NCBI GenBank assembly: GCA_030141605.1 | Contig: JAQGDQ010002372.1 | Location: 744,001-808,000 of the forward strand | DNA: 64,000 nucleotides | Origin: Tubiluchus corallicola | Lineage: Eukaryota > Animalia > Priapulida | Direction: 5' to 3' | Shown here: piece by piece, positions 13,170 to 26,204 of the stretch | Numbering within the stretch: the stretch's first letter is position 1 | How the letters are laid out: every line of letters begins with the position of its first letter | Notes under the pieces: model-generated | Database searches by the model: none | Seen by the model: only the letters and a program-made list of their open reading frames with translations | Told to the model about the DNA's origin: nothing | Position numbers and translations under genes: made by a program

Positions 13170-15231
13170 CTATAATGTTGCTGAGTGGGGGTTAAACTGG
13201 TGCTTAGTCTTTAAAAATAAAATAGGTTTGCAAGCATCACAATATACTCCAACATACATACAACATACATGTCTCACATTTGCAAAAAAATTCAATGATA
13301 TTAGTCTCAGCCTGTGAGTCATTATTAGTCCCCAGTGACGTTTTACATCTGAGGTATGACTAAACGCTTTCCTTTTCCTGTAAGCGATTTACAACCTCTG
13401 TGTAAAACAGGATATGAAATGCAATAACATCGATGATGCACATAATTGCATTAAATAGCTTTAAAGCATTCAAAGTATGGCTCAACATACAATTGCTTAT
13501 ACAGTAATACTTTATGGGCGATCTACACATTTAGTAGATCAACCCAAAAAACTTTAATAATTATTTTTGTATATTTTGCTTCTGCATATACTGCTCCTAA
13601 AAGCTGAAGAGGTATAAACTTGTGCGGACAAGGACAGTTAGAATAAATCAAGTTTCACATAAATTGCACAAGTTCCACGTAAACATTTAGTAACCAAAAC
13701 AGAATGTAACCACAAAGGCACAACTTATTCTGCACTTTGTGAACACACCCTTGGGGTCTTGGGATTATATTGGCAAGTCTTACAGCTGAAAAGTTAAACT
13801 TTCAATAATAATGATAAATTCATTTTGAATAAATAGAGTTAAATAAAATTGATCAAGAAGCTACAATTTGTTGGCCACAAAAACTGCAATGCACTTAATG
13901 AAATGTCAATACTGAAATGCACCTGAAACCAAACTACAACCAAAAGAAAGAAGATTAGAAAAAAGTGGAACCTGAATCTGCACCAAGGACATTTGTATTC
14001 AGACTCAGACTCAACTTTTTCACACCTGCTTTCTTCCTGTCTAATTTAGTTTTAAAATTTCAATAATTGTGAATTCATTCCACCACTAATTGGTAATTCT
14101 AAAATTAGAATTTTAAATAATAATGTCATCAATGTATTTTGTTTAATATACACATGATAAACCAATTGTAGTACTTTTCCTATCTGAGTACATAATTAAA
14201 GCAATAGTAGGCGTATATATGATTCTTAATAAGATACCCTTAATATGCTAAGAATCTAGCTAGTTTTTTTCATTGTCCAATCTCATACTGCATCTTGAAC
14301 ATTTATAAGCAGCTACATGACCGGAACAATAACTAAAATTTGCAAGTTTCAAGTATACCTTTTTATTTCTGACAAGCTGATTAGGGTCACATATTTCATG
14401 CAACCGTTTTGTATGAATCAGAACTGAAAGTGTTGCAGGATAGGCAAGGTATAAAGCAGGAAAGCAGATATTTTTTTTACATAAGATATGAGTCTAGAAC
14501 TATAAGGATTTTAATGGCATTAGAAAATTATGCAAAAAGCCAAGACTTTTTTGTTTGATAAAAGTTTTATTTCACAAGTGAATACAGCCAGACCCAAATT
14601 ATTTACAACAGAAACACAGAAAACTTTTTTCTTTCACAATACTTTTAAAATGTAACTGCTTAGCAACATGGTTGTCACATGGTTGTAAGGGAACAATAAT
14701 GAACACTTATTAATGTACCCTGGATGCTTTTGGTTAAATAAATAAAACTATTACATATTATTGATGCCATAAACAATATAAACACTAACCAGAAAAAATG
14801 TGCACATCTTCAAGTATTTTTAAGTATTTCAAAAAGAAAGCACTGATATTCTTTGTGTGAAATTAAGTATAAAATAAGTATAATGTATGCAATATTTGTA
14901 GCATAAAAAAAAAAAGCACACAAACGTATAGACGATGCACTGTTTGGTCATAATAACCACAAGCATATAATTCGTCACATATTAATAGAGGGGTTTTTAA
15001 AAAGACAAAAATGAATATTTCAACTTAAAATCTAAAGAACTAAAAAACTTTACGGTATGATAACTTTCTAAATACACCTATTACATAGTGATCAAAAAAT
15101 ACCACTAAAATCATGTTTAGTAAAAGTCTGAAAAATGTTAGTTGCATTGCTTTCTTCTTAACCTTCAATGCTTAGTCGTACAATAGCAGTTACAAAGACT
15201 AGTCATAGAAATAAAAATCGTTTGTCATTTA

Positions 15232-18200
15232 TCACACAAAATTTCCCATATTCGTTGGCATTACTGGTTGACTAACACTTCGACTAATTAGACCATCTTC
15301 GGATTTGCTTGGATACTTGAGAAATAAAGCCAACTGCGTTGTGCCCAAAACTGTACCCAAAAAGTTTGGAACCTTCAACAGTATAGAAAAATATGCTATA
15401 TGTGCCCACCTATATAGAGTTTGACAAACAATTGTAAAAATAATAAAAAAACAGCAACTGTTTAACGTGTTTACAAAGACTACCCTAAAAGCATGTTATA
15501 ATAATATTTGTTTATGACTAGGACGACTACGATTCTAATTACGGTTTTAAAAAGGCAGAAACCATAACTTTCAGTAAGAGCTCTTTGACTCAATTTACTT
15601 TAAACGTAGTTTTATTGTAATATGACAGAGATTACCCTGTGGCTTGCACAAAGCAGTTTTACAATTGATAAAGCTGCTTGCCAATGGAACGTAACACTCA
15701 GAAGAGTGCAAACAATAACTGAACAGTCTGCTAGCTATGTAAACTAATACAATGGTTAGAAGTGCTTAGTAAGAAATATAAATTTCTGTACAAGTTTAAA
15801 TACTTGCATATTAGTAGTTATATTTAAGTGTTGATTACCACGAAAAAGCAGATAAACGTGTTCATTTGTTGGCTGCATATGAATTTTAATATTGTATGGA
15901 ATTAACTAAGTACACAGTTTGTTTAGTAAGATATCTCGAGCCTGGCGATATAAAGGGCAGCCAGTTAGAAAACAACTAATGGTTTCAAAAGAGGCACCAC
16001 ATCTACATGTAGGTAAAACAAGGGTTCCATCATTGGCTCAGGTCAAAGCTTACTTGAGAATAGTCAACCAGTATTCGCGTATGATGAACAGCTAGTTAGA
16101 AAACAAATAATGGTTTCAAAAGAGGCACCACATCTACATGTAGGTAAAACAAGGGTTCCATCATTGGCTCAGGTCAAAGCTTACTTGAGAATAGTCAACC
16201 AGTATTCGCGTATGATGAACAGCTAGTTTATGGTCACCACAAAAGTAATAATTGAGGCGTCTGTTGAAACTCAAGTGTTTTTTAATGTAATTTAAAATAC
16301 GATAAAGACGCACTATTACAAATATAGAGAGGAAGAATATTCCATGAATTTACAACAGAAACAAAAAACAAATTAGCAAACGAAGACAAATGATGATTAA
16401 AGTTTCTAAAATCATCGCCATTGCGTACTGGATATGGTGTGACATAATTGACTTTTGGTGGCAATATATCACACAAATATCATGGAACTAACCGATTGAT
16501 AAGTTTGTACAGAAACATAAACTGCATGGATTAGGTTAAGACTTGCTACACAGATTGACTTTACTGGATCCAAACATTCTGTCAGCACAAGTATGAGACG
16601 CATTTAACTGAATATTTTCAAGGAGAGCCATAAGGCCACTACTACAACAATTTGTCTAAATTTCTGACGTGGACTACAACAAAATAAGCAAAAGCAAGAA
16701 AGACCCATATATAAACTTTTATGAAAATACATTCTGATTGTGAAGTTTCAGAAAGTATAAATGTAACACCAAATACAAGTCACAGTCCAAATACCAAAAA
16801 TAGCAGACTGCCATTAAAATACAATTTACCAAAATGATTTTTCCTCAAGACTGCATTTAAATGTTTAGACTCTGTTTACTTTATCAAGATGAAAAACATG
16901 ACCACTGGCAAAATGTCAATTAGATATTACAACTTTCTTTGTATATGCGTAAAAGTACAGGCATACAAACCATGCTCGACCCTCTCTTTTAAGTTGAGTC
17001 GAGTTAATTTTTTTTAAATTTCACGTAAAAACTGATTGTGCCAGAGAAAATTTCTGAAGTTTTTTGTTTGTCCATGCTTACTTGTAGCACATCATGTGGC
17101 AGTTGCCACGTTGCATATCTGCATTTTTACTTTAAATTTGGTACAGATGTAAACATACCTGTACAAAGTAATCCTCTATCAACCAACCATATATCCACCA
17201 TTCTAGAGAAACCAGAAATGTGACAAGTGACAAATAAAATGACATACATTCCGTACTTTTTGAGCGAATAACTTTACCCTGCAAACATAAATCATACAAT
17301 TAATATTAATTGTCTAAAACCATTGCATGCAAACAATTTGCCCATGAACTCAAAATATAACAATGTATATGTTAGCATAGTATTAGAAGTGAGGTGCACT
17401 GCCTAAAAGCATGGTGCTGTTACTAGGAAGTAGCAATCATTAGTTAACAATAGAACCAAGGCTGGCCTTGATATTGGTCTTGCTATAAACATTCAATTGA
17501 GTAGACCCAGCCACTGAATTTTGTATTCTAGCTTGCAGACTTGCAGTGTACAGTACTGCATTCCAACTCTTCTTGATTAATGCATAGCATTAAGCACACT
17601 CAACTACAGGTGCTCTTTGTAAACTAAGAATCCAAAATTCTGAATACAACATGAAAACACAGTTCGATATTTGGTTAAAGGTGAATTAGTTCATAAACCA
17701 AGCAAAATGCTTTCAAATAGAGCATACACGGAAAATCAACAATTCACAGTTTCACAATGCATGTATAAATGACATGCTACCGAGAGCAGGAAACTTACTC
17801 AATGACAGAGTCTAATAATGGAGCTGATATTGGTTGGACCCTAACCTAGTTCATTGTCAAAAAAGATATTTCTCTGGGACAAAAGAGAGCACCAGCTAAA
17901 GTGCTTAAACATATTTGGAAGGGTAGCTCCTGACCATCCCTCAATAAAAATGTGCAGCAACCATGCAAATTTTCCTACAAGCTGAGCACTTGCATCAACG
18001 CTTTAGTAAACTTGGCAATGCAGTCAATTTTTTGTACATTTATCATAAAAGCCCGCCATGTAACTTTCACAACCTTAGTTACAAAATAGCTACAACAACA
18101 GTAAATTTAATTTCAATGTAAATTCTGACAAATTTACTGAAAAAGCTTGCAGTGCTTGCTGTCAAAATATGGTATTTGTGATCTGACTTGAAATAAGAGT

Positions 18201-21200
18201 TTAACTCACAGAGTTAAATTTTTATTAAAGTAAAAGCGTTTTCTTCAGCTATGATCTACTCTTATTTATATGATATTTTAATTGCAAAGCTTTTTCTTTG
18301 ACCAAATATTAATTAAAATACCATAAGCACGTCTCATGAATTGAAAATTATATTTTTTTCTCATAAATTTTTGCACTCAATAGTAGATTAGTTTGTTAAC
18401 ATGAAAACACAAACACCGATACACTGTTATTACCTGAATGTTGCACATTAGGAGCTGGGCAGACAATTATCAAATTTTTATTGATAAAAAATAAATCTAC
18501 CAAGCTACTGCCAACAGATAAATAAGTTCTTAAACTAACTCAGAAAATCAACAATCACAGCTACACAGTTCAACTGCTTAGATTTATACTCTTGTTGATA
18601 CTTACCATAGACACCAAAGGAGATCCAAAAAAAATAACGCCCATCAAACAACAGGCTATTCCAAGCCTATTTAATGCTGTATAGTAATCATTCGCAACAT
18701 ACTTCGTATAGATGAGCAAGGGAAAAACAACACCCGCTGCAACTAACAGTTGTTTTTGCATAGCAACCTGCAAAAAAACTTTGGTGAGCCACATTAATTA
18801 AAAAGTAAATACCGGGCCCTTTTTAAATGCCTTAACTAAAGCATAAAATGTTTCACAGCTGAAAATTTGTCGTCCAAACATTTAATATTTTTACATAACA
18901 TTTTTCAGGGAAATTGGTGATGCAGGTCATAAATGCATTCATGTTACAATGGATAAAACCTCTGAGATGGTACGGAATAAACGATACACCTGGCATGCAA
19001 AACCAGTACACAAAATTCATTGTCTTGGACAAGTGTATATATAAAGTACTTTGCAGCCACGCAAACCTGTTATAGGTAAACCATCTTGGCTAAATGTTAG
19101 GTACAGTAAGTTCTCGCTTAACAACTCCCCAGTCAGCAGCATTTTGTTTTAAACATTTTGCCACCTTCTCTCATTTAATAATCAATTTTTCAGTTTCTCG
19201 GCCTTACCTTAAGCACTGAAATTTTATTTGTTAAGGTGCCTCTTTATAAAGAAGCCACTATTTACCCAAATCACTGTGAAGATATTGCTGCTGTATGGTT
19301 ACCTAGATATGCCTCGTCTGATAACATTTGGCTATACTATGTGAAAGTGTGGTGTTAATTGCTCCATTCCAAAAAAACAATGTATTTATAATATTTCTCA
19401 GCAAACTGCCATAGCTAGCATAAAATAGAAAAGAAAATTTTTAAATCCACAAAACTGGACATTATATGACCATTTGTTCAATTCTATCTCAGATAACTCT
19501 AACCACAATTTACAAAAATGCAGACCAATCAAAATGAGCACATAAGTGTAACAATGAGTAGGACAGCCAGGAAAGCCATTAACAAAAAGTAGAACAATAA
19601 AGACAGAGAAACTGTTACTATAATACAGTATTTAGATGACCATTTACAAAGTACAATGATGTGCAGGCAACTGAAAAACTTTTCGGAAACACCTCTGAGG
19701 TAAGTCCAACATGACTTCATCATCTATACTAATATTATTATTGATTGTTAATTTCGATTTGTTGTTCTATAAACTTTCAATACTGGAATATACCTCTGGA
19801 GTATTTTAAGGTATTTCGCATTAAGACAATTTACTTTTAAAACACAGCATTTTCCTGCAATGCGTTAGTGTCCTGAATTGAGAATTTGCACATCTATCCT
19901 TTCCTCTGTTTTCTTGTTTTTTGATCATGTGCAAGAGCAAACACTTGTCTGCTTACAAAATGTCATTATTAATTGTAAGCATCACAAATTTAAACATTCT
20001 AAATTAATGTAACTGACTTACTTTAGCAGGACACATGTAGTAGTAAAATATAGTGTAACATCCTTGCAGAATGGTACCAATCAGATTCACTAAAATGATA
20101 GTCCAATCTTCTTTCATAATTCCATACTTGAGCCATAACACAGCACTGAAAAAGAAAAAATACATCACGTTATATACATATATTTATGGAGACGGAGCCA
20201 CATTGTTTGTACATGTGTATTTATGTGAGAGAAAGAAAAGAAAGCATTATATATGATTTTTTTCCCACTTACTCTATATTACCAGTGTTTTTTGAAAAAG
20301 GTTTTCAGGTAATGACACCATTTGTTTTGTTTATGCTTGTAACTGAATATTTGATTTACGCCATATTGGATGCATTTATTCTGAGAGATTTAAAGTAAAA
20401 ACATATAAAAATTGTCTATTTGTTAAGATCCCAATGTTTCTGTGCGCACAACTACCCTAGTTAATAAAATAAATAAGATAACTTGAACTTTTGCTTAAAA
20501 TTATTAAGGTTGCTAAATATTTACACGGCGTTTACTAAAGGAAATAATTTAGTTTACAGTGTACACCTAATTAGCAAACCTAATATACAGCTGTTTACAA
20601 ATGAAAAGTTTACTTAGTTTAGTTTAGTCTTGTTTAGTTTGTTTTAGTTTATTATGTTTGCACTGTAACAGATGCGAAAATTTGCAGATGTATAAATTTC
20701 GCTACAGTAGGCCAACTTAAATTGCTGCTGGGCTCTTTGCAGGAATGTGTCAGTTTTATTAAATTATGACAGTAGGCCTTCAGTTAATGAAATCATAAAA
20801 CCTTGAATAATGCTAGTATAGTTATGAGAGCCAGTGCAAGTTTAGTTCCAGAATGAAATGAAGTAGTTAATGAAAAGTACTGCCTATTTTTGTGCCTTAT
20901 TACCCACCCAATATTGTGACAGCAGATGTTAGTATGCATATAGGTTCATGTATAGGTTGATAAATAAGGACAACAATATTATTAATAGCATAATGCTTTA
21001 CTTTCTCGTTAATTCTGTGAAATGAAGCAATAAATTTTTGTCGTCTCTGACTTACGACACGTTGCAAAAATACCACTTTACAAACAAGGCTTTAAAAGCC
21101 AATTTACATAGATTTAGCATGCACTTTTTTCTGCTTTTCAGTACTTTTGCTGAGACATGAATATAAAAAAGCAAATAGTGATTTCTTTGCCAAGAAGTTA

Positions 21201-22199
21201 ACTATCAAAAAGCATTTATGCAAACTAAAAGTGAAAGTTTTCTGTTTAAAATAACTCTTAAAGAGGAAAATTTATCATTTTTACTATTTTAAGAAGAAAT
21301 TACCTACAACTATTACTCTGAAATTACATTTTGCTACCATTCATTAATTACCAACTCAATAGCGCTATACAAAATGATACAATGTGCTTTCGACTGCATA
21401 GCTGTGTCTCTAACAGTCTGTGTGCTGTGCAACATTGCCATTTAACTTCGCCTAACTCTATAATCAAATATCGTAGGAAGTTGGCCTTTCTTACCAAAAT
21501 GTGCTGAATTTTCAGCACAGTTTACTGATATACAGTACTTTGTTCAGTAAGAAGATCTACATGGAAAAATCGAGCATCCAGGTAGGCCAGTCCACACAGA
21601 ATAGGTACTAAACAGATTGGCAGCTTATTGCGATTGCACCAGCCCTCAACAGTTACACAATCAGAAAATTGCGTGGCTTGCTTGGAAAAACGGTTAATGC
21701 ACAGTAAGATCATCTAATTACTTACTGAATGATTTAATTATTTTACCAAATTGATCAAAAGTATTGTTTCAGAACATATTCCTTGAACTTACCTGAAAAA
21801 AATAATGAGGCTGAGCCTTTATATCATAACTGGAAAAACTGGTACAACACAGTAACTAACACTGCATACATCATTCGCTGACTCAAAATGAAAATACTAA
21901 ACTTAACATATTTTACCTTGAAGTAGCCGTAATGAATGGAAGAGGAGATATATCACCAGTAGATCCAATTCTCCAGATCTTTTTACAAGTTGGTCTAAAA
22001 GCAAAAATAAAGGTTTGGTTGACTGCTTTGTTAGCTAACAGCAATAACATTTAATCAGCTACAAAGCATTGCGAAATCTACCTCATATAATACTCTCGTA
22101 AATTTTCTTTTATCTAGTAGCTTACATTCCAGTCAGAGCTAGACAAACAGTCGTTATAGTTGCCAGAAAACCAACTGAGTCTGTCAGTGTGAGAGTCAT
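15232..22199 (-). CDS. SLC50A1: Sugar transporter SWEET1 (MtN3/saliva family), 232 aa, 6 coding exons
   Basis: Exons (minus): 22126-22199, 21917-21994, 20022-20145, 18606-18767, 17159-17278, 15232-15372, all GT-AG. Protein: MTLTLTDSVGFLATITTVCLALTGIPTCKKIWRIGSTGDISPLPF...LWLKYG...VNLIG...FGSPLVSMGKVIRSKSTECMSF...WWIYG...VPNFLG...QLALFLKYP, i.e. two MtN3 repeats. Internal exon sizes 78/124/162/120 match the vertebrate SLC50A1 structure as I recall it. Confidence 0.96.
15840..16530 (-). mobile_element. CR1/L2-group LINE 3' relic with an internal 131-bp tandem duplication (SWEET intron 5)
   Basis: Minus-strand peptides FFVSVVNSWNILP...SLSYFK, LAVHHTRI, PTCRCGASFETI and FLTGCPLYRQAR match a LINE ORF2 C-terminus with its Cys cluster. 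The duplicated unit starts at 15963 and 16094. Confidence 0.75.
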
Positions 22200-22385
22200 T
22201 TCTCCTAGTCCTGTGACTGACAAATATATTCAGTTCTACATTGATTACCTGAAAATGCAAAAACAACTGTATATTAGAAAAGGAGACAGCTAGCAGAAGT
22301 GTTATTTCCTAGATAGATAAACAAATGCACAAAAACGAAAACGAGTTACTTCAAATATAGGTAAATCAGCTAAAACACTGATTAC

Positions 22386-22560
22386 CTTCCTCGTAAATGC
22401 CAAAACAAATGATGTTTGTCCAAAGGTTCAATTTGTCAGGCAAACAGGTTCAGTGTTATGAAGCAAGCAAATTCGATTCAAACTATAACTCGAGGTCTTG
22501 CTGAACTCAAGTTCGTGGATAGAAAAAAAAATGACGTGAACGCCGCCCTTTTGAAATGAA
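22386..22560 (-). promoter_or_regulatory. Candidate SWEET1 promoter and non-coding first exon
   Basis: Donor GAAG|GTAATC at 22386/22385 pairs with acceptor TTGCATTTTCAG at 22249. A local CpG cluster with TGACGT and GC-box-like CCGCCC lies at ~22530-22550. Confidence 0.5.
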
Positions 22561-22761
22561 GGCAAATCGAACTCTGTTAGTCTGTACAGGTTTCATTCCA
22601 ATATATTCCTATAAAGTTTCATGATGATCCGTTGTGAATTATTGCAGGCTTAGGCTTTTCTCTAAAATGATGTTATTGCTGCCATCTAGAATTCAAATTG
22701 GCAATTCAAAAATACGACTCTGTCATTTGTTGTTGAATCCATTCTAGTATACACTCATATA

Positions 22762-22812
22762 TGCCAATGTACATTGCATGTATTTTCGCAAATAAAACTG
22801 AAATGAATTGAA
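22762..22812 (+). mobile_element. Extreme 3' fragment of the same RTEX LINE family as 23952-25740
   Basis: TGCCAATGTACATTGCATGTATTTTCGCAAATAAAACTGAAATGAATTGAA matches 25685-25740. Confidence 0.7.
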
Positions 22813-23699
22813 ATTTATAATTTACCCACTTTTACAAAGCTACCCAATTGGTCTTTCGCTACCCTTTCTCCTGCACCCCCCCCCCCTTAACTCTTTCCTT
22901 TATGCTTAATTTATCCTTTTTAATCAATAACTAAAAAAATAATACTATCAATTTGTATACAGGTGTAAATGAGGAGATAAATAAAAATGTCTATGTCTAC
23001 CAACTTTTTCATTCATTAAATAAATTGAAATAATAAGAGAACATCTGCTCACATAAATAATCACAAATTCATTAGTTAAGTAGCAAACATGTCTTTAACT
23101 AACTTTAATTGACATGTTACAGGCTGTCGGGAGTGGAGTAGGATACAAGCCAAAGTAGGACAGTTGCCGTACATCTACGTAGGGCTAGCCTAATTAGCAT
23201 GCGTCGTATGTGGCTGCACAAGTAGAACACTAGAGACAGTCACTTATTGAGTCCTTAAACCATAGTGGCAACGTCCGTTGTCCTTGTTTATTTAATAATA
23301 ATAATTGAAAATGTCAACACATCATACAATTCATTATACATCTGCTGAAATAAAAGAATCTTATTCTGAGCTAGTCTAACGAGCAATATTAAATTTGTCT
23401 TTGGGATTAATCTTTTTGAAGTGAAAATAAGCCCGTTTTTAGGCGATTCCAACATTTTTTATTTTGTCTCACTACGTGAACAATATATATGTTTTTGATG
23501 TTGCAAACTGGCACTTTTAATTGATGTCAGGCTGCTTGCCGATTTGGTGAAGACGATCAAGTGTATATCCACTGTATGATGCCAAACTGACGGAAACTAA
23601 CTCAACAAGCCCAATTTTTAATAAAATGAAGAAACTTTCACAGAGTCTTTAAAAATTTGACAAAATACTTGTTGACATATCCATATCCAATGTTAAGGC

Positions 23700-23882
23700 T
23701 AGAAGTAGATTCATGGATCATCTGTAATGCCTGTTCTCTACTGGTATTAGTGTTGTATGGTACAAGAATTTTTTTCTGATTCCACTCATATTTTGTTTGA
23801 ATTCATTTATTGATTTAGATGCTATAGTTTTGCTGCTTAGACCATTCCAACTGTTTACTACTCGGTTGCTAAAGTCAAAAGA
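23700..23882 (-). mobile_element. CR1 LINE 3' fragment
   Basis: Minus-strand translation FDFSNRVVNSWNGLSSKTIASKSINEFKQN matches the CR1 ORF2 C-terminal motif FSxRVVxxWNxL. Confidence 0.7.
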
Positions 23883-23951
23883 GTGAAAGAAATTGCTAGT
23901 GCTCTACATGGGATGCCCATGCACGACACTAGTTTTCCACAAATTTAGCGC

Positions 23952-25740
23952 ATGTGCTCTAACAGATCTAGAGAGGGCCTCCAAAAATGTATTGATGAAC
24001 TTTCACAGTATGCCACACAAAACCACCTAAAAATCAACTACAAAAAAGCGAAAATAGTGGCATTTGGAAAAAGGCTGCCATTATATACCACCTTCCAGAT
24101 GAAAGCAGAAACACTAAAGAATGAAAAACATATTAAATATCTCACCAATACAGGAATACACAACAAACATGTAGAAACAGTGAGAAACCACAGCATTGGA
24201 ACTCTTTTTAAAGTAAAAGCTCTAATATTTAATAGTAATTTCCCATTGAGTTTACTAATTTTCTTATTTAAGACATTAATAGTCCCTTTTGCAATATACG
24301 GTTGCGAAATTTTGACAAATGCTTACGTAGAAAAACTAAATAAAATTAACAGCAATGACACTGAGAAACTTCTACAAATATGGAATCAATTCCCATTCGA
24401 CAATGTCCAAAATAAAGTTCACAAAATGGGTAATAGGAGTAAAGACAACAGCATGTAATATTGCCTACAAGGCTGAACTGGCTTTATATCCTCTCCTCAT
24501 CGCAGCAGCAAAAAGATCATACAAATTTGGCTTGACTGCTGCCCACAAACCTAGAAAGGCTATATTTAACACCATCTTCCCGTCTCTGAATCATACAGCT
24601 CTATTGTCGCCCACATGGCAACCTAACCCAAGCTATGCATCAGAATATGAGAATGAATCAATGACAATAGCACAGAATGTCAAAAAAACCTGAACAAAAT
24701 TCTAAAAACGGGATATGAAAATATATTTTTTAGCGAAATTCATAATGGTGATAGGAAAAAGGGAGGCAGTAACAAGCTCAGATTTTACAGGGGGTTAAAA
24801 TACAAAATGGAGCCTTACCTAAACACTATTAGGGACAACAATCATAGACAAGCTATCACTAAACTCTGAGTGAGTGATCATGATTTAGAAATCGAACATG
24901 CTTGTTATACCAAAACACCTGAACAAGAACGAATATGCAATTATTGCACAACCTCCTGACCTAAAAAACATGAAATAGAAGATGAAATACACTTTATTTA
25001 TGACTGCTCACTTTTTCTTGAAAATAAAACAAATTATGAAATTAAACTTCACAGTCTAAATTTTTCTCTAGATGTGGCTGTTTAACAGCAATGTTCAAAA
25101 GGATATAATTCCTTTTGGAGAATATATATTTAAAAACTTCTAAATAAGAAAAACAAAAAGCTAACACTGGCTACACCTTGTTGAACCTTCTCAATGGAAA
25201 CTCAACTACTCAAGAGTTGAGACTTTTTAATATCTAGTTATAATTTTGTATTGCATAATGTATAGCTGCTAATTGTTTTTAATAATGTTTTGTTTGTTTT
25301 TTGTAGGCTTCGCTCTTAGTACAGTTTCTTTGTTTTTCATAGGTTTTCTGGTTACAGTCGATACATCTATAACATCAATGCAAGAAACTTTTGGCAACAA
25401 CTCCAGTTCCTAGGGAAGAAGAAATCAGCAGTTTGGCAGCAGACTCTAACCAAATTATTTTCAACTCTATGTTATTTTTTATAATCTTTCATTTAAAAAG
25501 CTGGTACAAATACCTACTATTTTTAAGTCATTTTTCTTTTTTCATTGCTAAATTATACAATTTTTATATAACTGTGACTTTAGTATCAGTATGCCGTATC
25601 CTAACATTTGTCTATGAAAAAAACTTTACACACAGCCTATTATGATTTCTTCGGTTTATGTAGTATTTAACGTGTATTGCTTTTGCCAATGTACATTGTA
25701 TGTATTTGTGCAAATAAAACCAGATTAAATTGAATTGAAT
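23952..25740 (+). mobile_element. 5'-truncated, frameshifted RTEX-type non-LTR retrotransposon with TSD
   Basis: End of RT: SREGLQKCIDELSQYATQNHLKINYKKAKIV, YGCEI, AYKAELALYPL. C-terminal VSDHDLEIE...ERICNYC...IEDEIHFIYDC. AATAAA followed by an (AATTG)n tail. TTAGCGC flanks both ends (23945-23951 and 25740-25746). Confidence 0.85.
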
Positions 25741-25789
25741 TAGCGCTATTTGGCCTACTAGTGGCGTACTCCGCGCTCTGCATGGGCAA

Positions 25790-25957
25790 CTCCATAATTA
25801 ACGCGATACGTTGCCCTAATCGGTTTGGTTTGACTATATACTACACCGAAGATCGTTGCCATTGCTAAACTTCAGTGAGCACATGGTTTCAGATTTAATG
25901 GCGAAAAGGGACCGATTAGCCCTGATATTGTATTTCTAGTGCTTGTTGGACTAACTG
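25790..25957 (+). promoter_or_regulatory. Candidate promoter and non-coding first exon of the TPR gene
   Basis: CpG-rich patch, ATGGCG (YY1-like) at ~25898, donor CTG|GTAAGC at 25957/25958, and acceptor TTTGTTTCAG six nt before the ATG at 28295. Confidence 0.5.
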
Positions 25958-26204
25958 GTAAGCTAGTGTTTGGTTGTTTTTTTCAGGGGTACGAGATTTC
26001 GTTTGGCGATTGCCTGTCCAATGACTACGGAGAGCGAAACTGTCAAATATTTTCGATACATAAACAATATGTGAAAATATTTTTTTTTAAATTGCATGAC
26101 CTCCCTCTATCTGCGATGGTGCCACTATATACTTTCTCAGTTCTAATATCCGTCTCTGGATTATGGATAAAGTCTTAAATGTGATAATATTTTTTTAAAT
26201 TGTA

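Larger units (their letters stand above)
23124..25778. mobile_element. MITE copy 1 (same family as 26205-26964), interrupted by two LINE fragments
   Basis: 23129-23465 aligns by eye to 26211-26530, and 23893-23951 aligns to 26864-26910. The right TIR remainder CCTACTAGTGGCGTACTCCGCGCTC resumes at 25740-25778 after the LINE. Confidence 0.7.
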
